64,000 bases of DNA from Chlamydiae bacterium RIFCSPLOWO2_12_FULL_45_20 (lineage in GTDB: Bacteria; Chlamydiota; Chlamydiia; Chlamydiales; SM23-39), in assembly GCA_001796285.1 (NCBI GenBank), contig MGMD01000024.1, positions 4,404 through 68,403 of the forward strand, written 5' to 3'. The notes beneath the pieces were generated by a model, which worked only from the letters and a program-made list of their open reading frames with translations, was not told where the DNA came from and searched no databases. Shown piece by piece: positions 52,564-63,046 of this stretch (positions are counted from its first letter, which is position 1; every line of letters begins with the position of its first letter). The translations under genes were made by a program, and so were the position numbers.

Positions 52564-53969
52564 GAGAGCTTCCGCTTTAAAAGCTCGACAAGAAGACGAA
52601 CTCCATATCCAGTGGCGCTCGAAGAGCAATAGAACTGGGGTTTTGAGAGAAACGCTGGTCCTGCAATGTCGATGTGAGCCCAAGGAATATCTTGGGTAAA
52701 TTCTTTTAAAAAAAGTGCTGCAGTGATGGATCCGGCCCAGCGTGGCCCAGCGTTAACCATGTCTGCAATCTCTGATTTGAGATGCTTTTTATACTCATCA
52801 TGTAAAGGGAGTCGCCACAAGAGTTCATCGGTTAGCTGGGATGCATGCAAAAGCGCTTCCGCCAAATTGTCATCCGGGGTGAAAAACCCAGCGATTTCTT
52901 CTCCTAATGCAATAACGCAAGCCCCTGTCAAAGTCGCAAGGTCCACCATAAACGTGGGCTTGAGATGTTTGGCTGCATAGGAAAGCGCGTCCGCAAGTAC
53001 CAGCCGGCCTTCCGCATCAGTGTTATTAATTTCAACCGTTTTGCCAAAATACGAGGTATACACATCGCCCAGTTTGTAACTTTTTGATCCAATGCAATTT
53101 TCAGTAAGAGGCGCTAAAGCGGTAACATTGACTTTCAGCCCCAATGCGGCAGCCGTTTTCACAGCCGCAAGCACAGTGGCAGCGCCGCTCATATCGCTCT
53201 TCATCGACAGCATGTTATCCGTCGGCTTGAGGCTAAGACCTCCTGTATCGTAGGTAATTCCCTTACCGACTAATACAATATGATCTTTTGCTTTGGGGTT
53301 ACCTCGATAAGAGGACTTGAGAAGCACCGGTTCTTTACTGGAAGCGCGATTCACAGCTAAGATTAGCCCCATTTTTTCTTTGACTAAAAATTTTTTATCA
53401 AAAACAGTGGTCGTCACTTCGGGATGGAGCTTTTCCGCGGAGGCTATGAGCTTTTCGATTTTATCATCAGCATTGGAGTTAACGAGATTGCGGACAAAGT
53501 GAACCCCCTCTGCCACGATCAAAATCTCGTCAGTAAGCGCAGACTTGCTAGCGCCCACAATGGTAACTGTTTCAATCAAGGGGTTTGGCTTTTCGCTTTT
53601 GTAAGAAAACTGGTAATTAGAAAGAGCGATTCCCTCTGCAATGCCTCGTAGAAACTCAGCTTTCTGTTTACAGTCGGGGAAAAGAACCTCTATATGCTTA
53701 TAACCCATTGTAAGGATTCTCTGAACTGCCTTGGAATAGGCCCGCCTCAGTCCTTCCACATTCGCCTTGTCTTGTTTTCCAAGTCCTACGAGAAGGCACC
53801 GTTCTTCACCATCAAAACAAAGAGAAGTGTCTCCCTCCTTGCCCTTAAAATCTCTTACGGGGAGCGCTAAACTGATCGGCGCGAAATCGGCGGCAGGTTT
53901 TCCTCCTTCCCAGAGGGGGAAGAGCTTGATATCAGACGCTTTGAATTGGGCACTAAAGAGGAACTTCAA
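52560..53969 (-). CDS. pepA: Leucyl aminopeptidase (M17)
   Basis: VGKGITYDTGG and NTDAEGRLVLADAL. Confidence 0.93.
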   Translation of the reverse strand: MKFLFSAQFKASDIKLFPLWEGGKPAADFAPISLALPVRDFKGKEGDTSLCFDGEERCLLVGLGKQDKANVEGLRRAYSKAVQRILTMGYKHIEVLFPDCKQKAEFLRGIAEGIALSNYQFSYKSEKPNPLIETVTIVGASKSALTDEILIVAEGVHFVRNLVNSNADDKIEKLIASAEKLHPEVTTTVFDKKFLVKEKMGLILAVNRASSKEPVLLKSSYRGNPKAKDHIVLVGKGITYDTGGLSLKPTDNMLSMKSDMSGAATVLAAVKTAAALGLKVNVTALAPLTENCIGSKSYKLGDVYTSYFGKTVEINNTDAEGRLVLADALSYAAKHLKPTFMVDLATLTGACVIALGEEIAGFFTPDDNLAEALLHASQLTDELLWRLPLHDEYKKHLKSEIADMVNAGPRWAGSITAALFLKEFTQDIPWAHIDIAGPAFLSKPQFYCSSSATGYGVRLLVELLKRKLS

Positions 53970-54457
53970 AAAGGCACCTCATCATCGAACGTTTCCCCCT
54001 TGCCCTGGGCGACTCCTGCCTTACCTATTGGCGGGAATCCAGCATAGGGATTCGCAGTTCCTTCTTCGCTCGGCGTCGTACCGAAAGGCGCTGAGTGAGG
54101 TTGCGTAGTCGTGCGGTTTTCTTGCGACGAACCACCCGGCTTTCCAAATGGACTAAATTCGAGATGAGAAGCTGTGATGTCGAGGGAAATCTGAGGTTTA
54201 CCTTCTCGGTCAGTAAAAATCTCCGGCTTATGAACATCTCCAAAAACCATGACGGAGGATCCCTTTTTTAAGTAGGAGATCAGCTTGTCATATTGCTCTC
54301 CCCAAACTGTGACTCTCCACCAGATCGTGAGTTCTTCGCTATTTTTGCCCCTTCTAGAGCGAGTCGCTACTTTTAAAGTCGTCACTTTTTTTCCTGTTGA
54401 GGTGAAACGCACCTCGGGATCGGCGCCAAGATTTCCGGCGATATGAATGAAATTCAC
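53966..54457 (-). CDS. ssb: Single-stranded DNA-binding protein
   Basis: OB-fold N-terminus (IAGNLGADPEVRFT...WWRVTVWG), a Gly/Pro-rich linker and the acidic tip DDEVPF. Confidence 0.93.
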   Translation of the reverse strand: MNFIHIAGNLGADPEVRFTSTGKKVTTLKVATRSRRGKNSEELTIWWRVTVWGEQYDKLISYLKKGSSVMVFGDVHKPEIFTDREGKPQISLDITASHLEFSPFGKPGGSSQENRTTTQPHSAPFGTTPSEEGTANPYAGFPPIGKAGVAQGKGETFDDEVPF

Positions 54458-54514
54458 AAGACACCTCTAATAAATTCTTGAAAGACCCCATTATCTAGCG
54501 GAGAGCGAAAAAAA

Positions 54515-55495
54515 TCAAGTCCGAAAATATCTGATTCGATAAAAGAACACTCCTGCAAGAATGGCTGGAATACTGAGCATTTGGCCCATTGTCAGATAAG
54601 AGAAGCTCCCAAGAGCGCTTTGCTCGGTTTTCAAATATTCGATTAAAAAACGGGCGCCAAAGACAAGGATGAGGAAAAGTCCGATCAGCTTGCCTTCCCT
54701 AGCTAAATTTTCTTTTTTAAAACTCATTTTCCAAAGGAGGAAAAAGATCAGAAAATATACCATCGCTTCATAAAGGACTACTGGATGGCGGGGAATGGGG
54801 AAGGAGTGGTCTGCTGGGTGGCCAAAAACAACCCCCCATGGCCTATTGGTTGGGAGACCTAAAATTTCTTGATTGATAAAATTTCCGATACGGATAAAGC
54901 CTCCCCCCAAGGCGGCAGGGACGGCAATAAAATCGAGTAGCCGAATCCACGTTATACCACGCACGGCCTGATACTGGAGTTTTGAGCTGCACGAGAGCTC
55001 TCCAGAATCGACGAGCGCCAATCGGTTCATATTCCACGTTTCAGGCCATGCGTAGTATAAATCGGGGGCATTTTTACGCATGCGATAGCTGAACAAAAGA
55101 AGGCCTACGATAATACCGATGGCGCCACCGTGGCTTGCAAGGCCTCCTCCCCAAACTTGTAATAGCACCAGAGGATTGGAAAAATATTTTTCTGGCCTTT
55201 CGTAAAAAATAAAGTGACCTAACCGGGCCCCGATGATGGTTGCCAGAATCATGTATATCGTGAGCTTGTCAGTAATATGAATCGCTTTTGCTCTATGTTT
55301 TTGTCCCCAAAAACGGGTCAAAATCCCAACAAAAAGGGGGAAACCGATCGCGAAACTCAAGGCAAAAAAAACTCCGTACCAGAGGATCGGCCAGTCCAAA
55401 ACAGGGATGCGGAACACTTCCGGATTGGAGTCCCAATAAATGGCTGCACATCGTATCATCGGTAAAGGTATAGAAAGAAACATGTTTAAAGTCAA
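54515..55495 (-). CDS. lgt: Prolipoprotein diacylglyceryl transferase
   Basis: WGGGLASHGGAIG, IRIGNFINQE and HPVVLYE. Carries an insertion of about 35 aa relative to typical Lgt length. Confidence 0.9.
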   Translation of the reverse strand: MTLNMFLSIPLPMIRCAAIYWDSNPEVFRIPVLDWPILWYGVFFALSFAIGFPLFVGILTRFWGQKHRAKAIHITDKLTIYMILATIIGARLGHFIFYERPEKYFSNPLVLLQVWGGGLASHGGAIGIIVGLLLFSYRMRKNAPDLYYAWPETWNMNRLALVDSGELSCSSKLQYQAVRGITWIRLLDFIAVPAALGGGFIRIGNFINQEILGLPTNRPWGVVFGHPADHSFPIPRHPVVLYEAMVYFLIFFLLWKMSFKKENLAREGKLIGLFLILVFGARFLIEYLKTEQSALGSFSYLTMGQMLSIPAILAGVFFYRIRYFRT

Positions 55496-55519
55496 AGTCG
55501 AGGTTATACCAAACGAGAT

Positions 55520-55987
55520 TCAAGAAGAAAATAGATCTGCAGTTCTTGCTGCTTTAAAGTAAATCAGAGCTCCATTAATAAGAGCAGAGCCCACAGTCAC
55601 ATCCACCATCCCCCTAACAAGCATCGGAATCGGAAGATACTTGACCGCCATTCCTAACAGCACCATCATTCCGATGAGAGCCCAATAGCTAGGAGCGTAA
55701 GCATCTTTAATCTGAATGGTCCCCTCAAAAGTAAGAAGCCTCTTGATCACGCGCTTGACCGTTTTGACTAGAACAAAACGCCCCTTGAAAAACCCTGCCA
55801 GTAAACTCATCCCGATCAGAGCTGTCGCAGCTCGATCTTGCGATCCAAATACCTGGCTGAGCCGCGCACATGTTGAACCGCTCTCAAAGGCTGCACTTGT
55901 AATAAAAACTAACCCTTTGTATAGAAGAAAGGAACCGATAAAAAACCAGAGATACCCAGAGAAAACAATCCAACCACGATGACTCAT
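55520..55987 (-). CDS. Hypothetical 4-TM membrane protein
   Basis: Hydrophobic ORF. I prefer the ATG at 55987 (MSHRGWIVF). No family recognised. Confidence 0.55.
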   Translation of the reverse strand: MSHRGWIVFSGYLWFFIGSFLLYKGLVFITSAAFESGSTCARLSQVFGSQDRAATALIGMSLLAGFFKGRFVLVKTVKRVIKRLLTFEGTIQIKDAYAPSYWALIGMMVLLGMAVKYLPIPMLVRGMVDVTVGSALINGALIYFKAARTADLFSS

Positions 55988-57151
55988 TCTACAGGAATGG
56001 TAACAAAAACTCTTTTGCTCGTCGACAAAAATCGCTTGAATCCATACAATCACGTGGGTAGTCAGATCCTAAAATCAAGGACCGTTTTGAATTTAGCTCT
56101 TGCTTTTTCTCGCACATTTTTCATGATCCTCAGCATGTTCTTTATGACCCTTTACATGGTCACAGGCCCTTATGGATATTCATGGAAAAATATAAGCTGG
56201 GGACTTCTCTTGGGAGCTATGTTAGGTCTCACACTGATAGGCTTCGAACTTCTTTTTAGAAGGTTTAATTTGCGCTCTTTTAATGTCGCGATTTTGGGCC
56301 TTTTTATCGGCTATTTTATGGGGCTTGCTCTCGTATTAACCTTGGATGCCATCCTACAAATTAGCTCGGCAACGATTCACTTACCTCCCCAAGTTTTGGA
56401 AATCATCAAAATCTCCTTGTATCTCTTCGGTGTTTATCTCGGAACCCTTTTTACCATCCGCTCTGCCGACGAGCTTTATATCAGTATTCCTTTTGTGCGA
56501 TTTACCCCAACAGCCCATAGAAAAAAAGATCTGGTTGTGGATTCCTCTGTTTTATCAGATGCCCGCATTCTCGACATGGCCTCTTCCGGGCTTATCGACC
56601 ACTGCCTTATTGTGCCCCGTTTTGTCGCAAAAGAGCTCTACATCCTCACAGAATCTCAAGAAGAAATGGAAAGAGCCAAGGCAAAAAGAGCTCTCGAAAT
56701 CTTCAAAAAGCTTGAGTCTATGCCCGATCTTCATATGCGCAGCAATGATACAGACTTTCCTGAAACAAAAGATATCATGGGAAAACTCATCCGCTTAGCC
56801 AGGCTGTTTGATGCCAATATTTTAACGGCTGATATTAGCCGTATTCAAATGGCAAACATAGAAGGAGTACGGATCATTAACCTACACAACCTCTCCAATG
56901 CGCTCAAACCTCTCATGCAGGCAGGCGAGCATATTAAGATTAAAATTCAGCGCTATGGCAAAGAACCGAGGCAAGGAGTTGGCTACTTAGAGGATGGAAC
57001 CATGGTCGTAGTCAATGGCGGCGGAGAATATATTGGCGAAACCATCGACGCTATTGTTCTGTCTGTCAAACATACTTCCTCAGGCCGAATGATTTTTTGT
57101 AATGCTCCAGACGAAGAAGGGAGACTTCATTCAGAACATGACGAGCATTAA
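55979..57151 (+). CDS. PIN/TRAM-domain membrane protein (YacL-like)
   Basis: N-terminal TM helices, a PIN domain (LVVDSSVLSDARILD...VPRFVAKEL) and a TRAM domain (GVGYLEDGTMVVVNGGGEYIGETIDAIVLSV...SGRMIF). The true start is probably downstream of 55979. Confidence 0.8.
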   Translation: MTHSTGMVTKTLLLVDKNRLNPYNHVGSQILKSRTVLNLALAFSRTFFMILSMFFMTLYMVTGPYGYSWKNISWGLLLGAMLGLTLIGFELLFRRFNLRSFNVAILGLFIGYFMGLALVLTLDAILQISSATIHLPPQVLEIIKISLYLFGVYLGTLFTIRSADELYISIPFVRFTPTAHRKKDLVVDSSVLSDARILDMASSGLIDHCLIVPRFVAKELYILTESQEEMERAKAKRALEIFKKLESMPDLHMRSNDTDFPETKDIMGKLIRLARLFDANILTADISRIQMANIEGVRIINLHNLSNALKPLMQAGEHIKIKIQRYGKEPRQGVGYLEDGTMVVVNGGGEYIGETIDAIVLSVKHTSSGRMIFCNAPDEEGRLHSEHDEH

Positions 57152-57512
57152 AGGAATCGGCAACGACATTCTGGAAATTGCCCGCATGCAAAAAAGCATC
57201 GAGCGCCAGGGCAAGCCGCTTCTGAATCGCCTGTTTACAGCAAAAGAACAGGCTTACTGCGCTAAATATAACCAAAAAGAAAAACGCTTCGCTGGCCGCT
57301 TTGCCGCTAAAGAAGCGATCGCCAAAGCGTTAGGAACCGGGATTGGAAAAAAACTCTCCTGGCATGACATAGAAATCCTTGCCGATACCCAAGGAAAACC
57401 GATCGTCCACTTTTCTGAAAAAGCCAAGAAGCAATTTCACAATCCCCTAATGCTTATCTCTATTAGCCACTCTGATGCTTATGCAACGGCCATAGCTATT
57501 TGGTTAGAATGA
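57138..57512 (+). CDS. acpS: Holo-[acyl-carrier-protein] synthase
   Basis: GIGNDILEIARM, FAAKEAIAKALGTG and SISHSDAYA. ATG at 57138. Confidence 0.9.
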   Translation: MTSIKGIGNDILEIARMQKSIERQGKPLLNRLFTAKEQAYCAKYNQKEKRFAGRFAAKEAIAKALGTGIGKKLSWHDIEILADTQGKPIVHFSEKAKKQFHNPLMLISISHSDAYATAIAIWLE

Positions 57513-58310
57513 AAAGGGAAGTAGGTAACTGAAGATAAATGCATTGACTTCCGCCGGGCAAGATCTGGCAAGAACGCGTCGAAAATAGGTAAAGCGTAGC
57601 GTGCCGTACACTCCTAGTCGATAGCCATAGCGAAACCCTAGATCAATGGCCTTCTCGCGGATCTTCGCATACCCGTCAAAATCATCGATAAGAACCGCCC
57701 TTCTTCCTCCATAACCATTAATCCCTTCAGCAAGGAAGGCGAATTTGTGCCGATCATCATAGTTGGTCTCAACAGCAACAATTCCTCTAACCCAAGGAGA
57801 CCCACGATTTGCGTGACCTACTGCGCCAAATCCCCAAACTCTCCAAGCCCAGCAGTCAGAAAGATCAAACTCTTTACCCATCGCAAGGCTCGCTTCAAAA
57901 TCAAAATTCGCATGATAAGGACAACTGACATCCCGCAAGCTATCTGTGTTCGTAAAACGACCATTGACGCCTGTAACCAAACTGACTCGATCTCCCACAA
58001 TATCATCTAGCCAAAGATAGCGCGCCTGAAAAGCAATGGTACGGAAGTTAAAATGCTGCTTCGTCGTATCGGCAAGCTGCATTTCTGTATCGACGCTCCA
58101 TTCCGGTGTTGGAGAAAAATCGAGGCTCAAAGAACTCACATGAGATTGAAAAGAGCTTGTCAGTTGGGGACGTCCACCCTGTACGCGATCAAAAAAACTG
58201 TAAGAATAGCTACCTAAAAAATGAAACTCCAAACAGTCACCAAACCACGGCTGCACTTCTAGAGCTCCTAGCGGGAGAATGAGGAAGAGAATAGATTTAC
58301 AAAACCTCAT
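57504..58310 (-). CDS. Predicted outer-membrane beta-barrel protein
   Basis: Signal peptide [16 protein letters not shown], amphipathic beta-strand pattern and a C-terminal ...YLLPFSF. Confidence 0.65.
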   Translation of the reverse strand: MRFCKSILFLILPLGALEVQPWFGDCLEFHFLGSYSYSFFDRVQGGRPQLTSSFQSHVSSLSLDFSPTPEWSVDTEMQLADTTKQHFNFRTIAFQARYLWLDDIVGDRVSLVTGVNGRFTNTDSLRDVSCPYHANFDFEASLAMGKEFDLSDCWAWRVWGFGAVGHANRGSPWVRGIVAVETNYDDRHKFAFLAEGINGYGGRRAVLIDDFDGYAKIREKAIDLGFRYGYRLGVYGTLRFTYFRRVLARSCPAEVNAFIFSYLLPFSF

Positions 58311-59257
58311 GCAATGCCCATTTCACCAAGCCACCTTTCCGCATCTAAAGCCGCCATACATCCCGTTCCCGCAGCCGTTACCGCCTGCCGATACGTTGGA
58401 TCTTGAACATCCCCCGCCGCAAATACTCCCTCTATCGAGGTTCGCATCGAGCCCATGTGCACGCGAATGTACCCCGTTGCACTCGTATCGAGCTGCCCAT
58501 TTAAAAATTGGGTGTTGGGCTGATGCCCAATCGCAAAAAAAACCCCGCCAGCCTCCGTTTCTTCTACTTGATTTTTGACAAGATTTTTGATGAGAACTTT
58601 TTGAACAATCTTATCCCCCAGGACCTTCTCAATAACGGAATTCCAGAGGATCTGAATTTTAGGGTGATGCTTTGCTCTGTCTGCCATAATTTTAGAAGCT
58701 CGAAGCTCCTCGCGGCGATGTACGATATACACTCGGCTGCCATATTTCGTCAGAAACACCGCCTCTTCCACTGCACTATCCCCTCCTCCAATCACAAAGA
58801 GGGGGCGATTTTTAAAAATAGGAGCAGCTCCGTCACACACTGCGCAAGCAGACACTCCTTTTTGCCAAAAACCGTCCTCTCCAGCCCCCTCAATATCAAG
58901 CCGCTTAGCTGTAGCTCCAGTAGCAATAATCAAAGCTTCCGTTTGGACGGAGGCGCTCGAGCCCTTTACCAAAAAGGGCCTTTTGGATAGATCGACCGAC
59001 AAAACGTCTTCTGTAAGAATTTGGGTCCCGAATCGCTCCGATTGCTGACGAAAAAGATCCATGAGCTCCGGCCCCATAATCCCTTTTGGAAAGCCGGGGT
59101 AATTTTCCACATCAGTCGTCGTCATGAGCTGCCCTCCAGAAGGACCTGTGGTAAATCCTTCAAACAGCAAAGGCTCTAGATTGGCACGAGCAGCGTAAAT
59201 AGCCGCAGTATGAGCTGCTGGCCCTGATCCGATAATTACCAGTTTTCTCTTTTCCAT
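58307..59257 (-). CDS. trxB: Thioredoxin reductase
   Basis: [17 protein letters not shown], redox centre [16 protein letters not shown] and FAAGDV. Confidence 0.95.
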   Translation of the reverse strand: MEKRKLVIIGSGPAAHTAAIYAARANLEPLLFEGFTTGPSGGQLMTTTDVENYPGFPKGIMGPELMDLFRQQSERFGTQILTEDVLSVDLSKRPFLVKGSSASVQTEALIIATGATAKRLDIEGAGEDGFWQKGVSACAVCDGAAPIFKNRPLFVIGGGDSAVEEAVFLTKYGSRVYIVHRREELRASKIMADRAKHHPKIQILWNSVIEKVLGDKIVQKVLIKNLVKNQVEETEAGGVFFAIGHQPNTQFLNGQLDTSATGYIRVHMGSMRTSIEGVFAAGDVQDPTYRQAVTAAGTGCMAALDAERWLGEMGIA

Positions 59258-59331
59258 GACCTCTAAACTTTTCGCTCAAAAGATCCAACTAGTTCTACAC
59301 CGAAGGAAGGTTTTACTCAAGAGGGAATTGG

Positions 59332-60138
59332 CTACGGATCTAAAGAAAGCTCTTTGGAACGCACCATTGCGGCGAGAAAAACCTCTGCTAATGCCTCTAT
59401 AAGCTTCAGTTCTTTCATTTTTTTCAGCCCCACTTCCGTCACTCCTTGCGGAGTTGCGATGCGTGCCAGGAGCTTTTGAGGGGAATGGCCTTTCACAACC
59501 ATTTTTGCAGCGCCAAGAAACGTTTGCGCAGTAAGTAGAAGAGATTGATCGGGAGATAGCCCTTGAGCTTCGCCCATTTGCGCCACACTTTCGATCAGCC
59601 GAAACACAAAGCCGGGGCCACTTCCAGCAATAGCACACGCTATATCCATGAGTTCTTCTCGAATCTCCAACACCTTCCCCATGGAGCCAAACAACCTTTT
59701 GACAAGTTCTTGAAACGCCAAGGTTACACCTTTTGGAAAAACGAGTGTCGTCATCCCCTCTGCTACACCTGCGGCTAGATTAGGTAAAGCTCGGCATAGC
59801 TGTCCTTTCCAGAGATGTTGGTAGTAGTCTAACTTCAGGCCAGCCAGCACCGTGATAAGCATTTTCGAAGGATCATATTCCTCCACTTTTGTCAATACCT
59901 CTTTCGCTTGATGGGGTCTCACCGCTAGGATCAATAGATCTGAATGTGTTACAAGATTTTTGAGACTCGTCGCCGTTATACCGTAGAGCATCTCATTTTT
60001 TTTCGCTCGGTCCGGGTCCCTTTGGTGGAATTGCACCTGAGAGCGGGGGAGCAACCGAGCGTTCTCCATGGCCTGAAAAAGGATTTGGGCCATATGTCCA
60101 AACCCAATAAATCCCAAGCGGCAATCTGAAATCTTCAT
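59332..60138 (-). CDS. proC: Pyrroline-5-carboxylate reductase
   Basis: LGFIGFGHMAQ, ILAVRPHQ, GSGPGFVF and TPQGVTEVGL. Confidence 0.9.
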   Translation of the reverse strand: MKISDCRLGFIGFGHMAQILFQAMENARLLPRSQVQFHQRDPDRAKKNEMLYGITATSLKNLVTHSDLLILAVRPHQAKEVLTKVEEYDPSKMLITVLAGLKLDYYQHLWKGQLCRALPNLAAGVAEGMTTLVFPKGVTLAFQELVKRLFGSMGKVLEIREELMDIACAIAGSGPGFVFRLIESVAQMGEAQGLSPDQSLLLTAQTFLGAAKMVVKGHSPQKLLARIATPQGVTEVGLKKMKELKLIEALAEVFLAAMVRSKELSLDP

Positions 60139-60265
60139 TCAACAAAATCTAAGGAAAATTTCTTTTTTTGTCATGAGTTTGTTATAACGGTAAAATCACC
60201 CATCTATTACAATGACGATCAATTGATGTTTTTGAAGAAATTGTCTCGAGAAAACAGGGGGGGAG

Positions 60266-63046
60266 TTGTTAAAATTCTTTCAAAAAGCATTTGGTCTTTA
60301 TTCCGGGGATTGGGCGCAAGCCCTGAGATTCACAAGGCTCGCCGCCCTTTGGGCTTTCGGTAGCTCATGCCTCGACACTCTCTCTGACGGCCTTTTTCTA
60401 GAACAAGTGGGGGCTGGGTCTCTTCCAAACGTCTATCTTTCTATTGCTTGCGGGACTATTTTTGTGTCCACCCTCGTCCTTTATAGCTTAAGGCACACGA
60501 GCCCCTATCGAATTTTAACGACAGCAATGGTTCTCGGAGGATCGATCTGTATCAGTGCCGCGATCTTTCTCGAAACCTCTCCGCCGGTTTGGTTTTGGTA
60601 TGCGATTAAGATCGCGGCAAGAATGTTTTTTGCCGTTATGATCGCCTGTTCTTGGACCTTTACAGATCAGTATCACGACCTTCAGGATGCCAAAAGGGTC
60701 TATTCCATCTACAGTGCGGCCTACTTTTTTGGAACGATCATTGCAGGTACTGCGATCAATTTATTTCTTGCATCCATCGGAGTTCGGGGGCTGTTACTCT
60801 TGGCTGCTGGGTCCATTTCGCTGGCTCTTATAGAAGCTCGGAATATTGCCCACAAAACCAAGGCTGTCCATGATGACACAATAGAAGGGATTTTTTCTGG
60901 GAGCCGCGATACCTTTACTTCTCTTATCAAGTTGATCACCCGATCTCGTTTTGCCATCGTCCTTCTTCTTTTGAGCCTCTTTTTACAGCTGATGGTTACG
61001 GTAACCGAATTTAACTACATGGAAACCTTTGGGAATTACTTCGCATCGACCTCAGGAGAGCTCAGCGAGGGTTCTATCGCGATCTTTTTAGGGAAATGTC
61101 GAGCCATTATTTCTGCCTGTAATATCATTATTGGCATTTTCTTCTATGGTAGATTCGTCCGGAAAATGGGGCTAAATAACATCATTTTGGTCACTCCGCT
61201 TTTCTTTTTTGGCGTCTACTCAGGCTGGATTTTGCAAAATGCCATGTGGCTTGCGGTGCTTGGGCTCATCGCCGTGGATGGGGTTCTTTTTACCATCGAG
61301 GACAACTGTTTTAATCTTCTTTCCAACGCGGTTCCCTCGAAGCTTAAATCCAAAGTGAGAATCATCAACGACTTTTTCTTCGAACCTATTGGCATGCTCC
61401 TGAGCGCTCTTCTTCTTTTTGCTCTTTCAGATGGCAGCCGCTGGCTGGGGATGGTATTAACGGTCATCACCTTAACTTTAGCCCTAATTATTAAATCGAT
61501 CTATTCCAAAGCTATCATGCAAAATTTGAAAGAAAATGCGCTGCACTTTGAAAAAAAAGTCCAAAGCTGGCTTTATTCGATGACCCGAAGAGAACAAAGG
61601 GAAAGCAAAAAAGATATTTTAGCGGCGCTTCGTTCTCCTTCTGAAGAGACGCAGCTTCTGGCCATCGAGTCTCTTCTCGACCTTTCTCTCACTCCGCCTC
61701 AAATCCTTAACGCGGCACGAAGGTTTAGCACAGCTGCAAAAATCCAATTTTTGCGGCTCATCGATCAAACTCCTTTTGGCAATGACTCGAGAATTCTTGA
61801 AATGATCGATACTTGGACAGATGAAAGCGAATCCAAGGAACTCGGCCGACGGGCGTATCTGTACTTAGCAAAAAGGGGTCTTTTAAACCCCGAAAAAGTG
61901 GAAGATGACCTGGGCCACCCCGACCTTTTCCTAAGGGGCGCTGCGATTTTAACTATGAAAAAATCGCTTGCACAGCAATCTTTTGACACAGCAGCACTCA
62001 ACCGGACGATAGCATCAAAAAAGCTCGATCTCATGCTCAAATCCTCGCACATCGATGAGATCAGCATGGGACTCGATATCCTTGCGGAAGAGCCATCGTT
62101 AGAAACGGCAGAAAAAGCCCTTCCCTTTTTGTCTCACGAAGCTCTTGTGGTCAAGCGGGCGGCAGCTCGCTGTCTTGCCCGTCTTTCTGACAAACGACTC
62201 TCCCGCCATGCCTTCAGGCTACTCGAAGTTCTCGAAGAGGCAAAAGATAACACCTTACGCCTTTCTCTTTTAGAAACCCTTGGGAACATTTCTGATTCGA
62301 CAACGACCAAAGAAATCCTTCTTGCTAGCGTCTATTTGAGACCCAACGAACGAAGAAAAGCAGAAAAAATTTTAGTAAAAATGGGTCTTAAAATCGTCCC
62401 TCTTCTCATTAGTTTCACAAAAGATATAGGCCTTCCAGAAAGGGCAAGAGTTTTAGCTGGTAAAATTTTAGGCCAGCTCGCTTTACCCCAGCTACAAGCG
62501 AATCTCCCAGACATCCTAGACATTGAAATAGAGCGTGCCTATTTTTACTTTTACTTTGGCCACACGATCCAAAAAAAATACCCTCTCTATGATCTAAATA
62601 TGCTCGAAAGCGCCCTTTTAACCGGCTACCAGTCGGTGATCGACTTCATTATCCATCTCCTCGGTGCCGCAGGCTCCTCTGAAGATCCTGAGCTAATCGT
62701 TCGGGGTTTACATAGCCGTAATGAGAAAACCCATTCCCATGCAGTGGAAAGTTTGGAAAAAACGTGCGATGTGCGTATTTTTAAGCTGATCGCACCCCTT
62801 TTGGATGACCTTCCTTTGGAAGATAAAATGGCGGCCTGTCTCAAATGGCAAGGAGACTATCCTGAGCTCAGCCTCTCTGAACTCCTTTCCAAACTCGAAC
62901 AATCCCCTTCCCTTTTTGACCGAGTGGTAGCCGTTCGCCTCAAGGCACAATTAAAAATGCCGAACTGGCGTGAAGAACTCCGCGAACAGATGAAACACTC
63001 TGATGAAAATTTCCACCAATTTGCATATGAGCTATTAGAGTTATGA
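60266..63046 (+). CDS. TLC/NTT-like transporter fused to a C-terminal HEAT-repeat domain
   Basis: The N-terminal region of about 430 aa is polytopic (about 12 TM, FTDQYHDLQDAKRVYSIYSAAYFFGT). The C-terminal region of about 480 aa holds repeated helical units (LRSPSEETQLLAIESLLDL, ALVVKRAAARCLARLSD, TLRLSLLETLGNISD, ERARVLAGKILGQLA, EKTHSHAVESLEK). The track start is a TTG abutting a G7 run. Confidence 0.85.
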   Translation: MLKFFQKAFGLYSGDWAQALRFTRLAALWAFGSSCLDTLSDGLFLEQVGAGSLPNVYLSIACGTIFVSTLVLYSLRHTSPYRILTTAMVLGGSICISAAIFLETSPPVWFWYAIKIAARMFFAVMIACSWTFTDQYHDLQDAKRVYSIYSAAYFFGTIIAGTAINLFLASIGVRGLLLLAAGSISLALIEARNIAHKTKAVHDDTIEGIFSGSRDTFTSLIKLITRSRFAIVLLLLSLFLQLMVTVTEFNYMETFGNYFASTSGELSEGSIAIFLGKCRAIISACNIIIGIFFYGRFVRKMGLNNIILVTPLFFFGVYSGWILQNAMWLAVLGLIAVDGVLFTIEDNCFNLLSNAVPSKLKSKVRIINDFFFEPIGMLLSALLLFALSDGSRWLGMVLTVITLTLALIIKSIYSKAIMQNLKENALHFEKKVQSWLYSMTRREQRESKKDILAALRSPSEETQLLAIESLLDLSLTPPQILNAARRFSTAAKIQFLRLIDQTPFGNDSRILEMIDTWTDESESKELGRRAYLYLAKRGLLNPEKVEDDLGHPDLFLRGAAILTMKKSLAQQSFDTAALNRTIASKKLDLMLKSSHIDEISMGLDILAEEPSLETAEKALPFLSHEALVVKRAAARCLARLSDKRLSRHAFRLLEVLEEAKDNTLRLSLLETLGNISDSTTTKEILLASVYLRPNERRKAEKILVKMGLKIVPLLISFTKDIGLPERARVLAGKILGQLALPQLQANLPDILDIEIERAYFYFYFGHTIQKKYPLYDLNMLESALLTGYQSVIDFIIHLLGAAGSSEDPELIVRGLHSRNEKTHSHAVESLEKTCDVRIFKLIAPLLDDLPLEDKMAACLKWQGDYPELSLSELLSKLEQSPSLFDRVVAVRLKAQLKMPNWREELREQMKHSDENFHQFAYELLEL

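Noticed and set aside
59276-59638. 120-aa minus-strand ORF. There are similar alternative-frame ORFs inside trxB, pepA, the NTT genes and others.
   Set aside because: They overlap motif-bearing genes in other frames and have biased Arg/Ser/Cys composition typical of off-frame translation.
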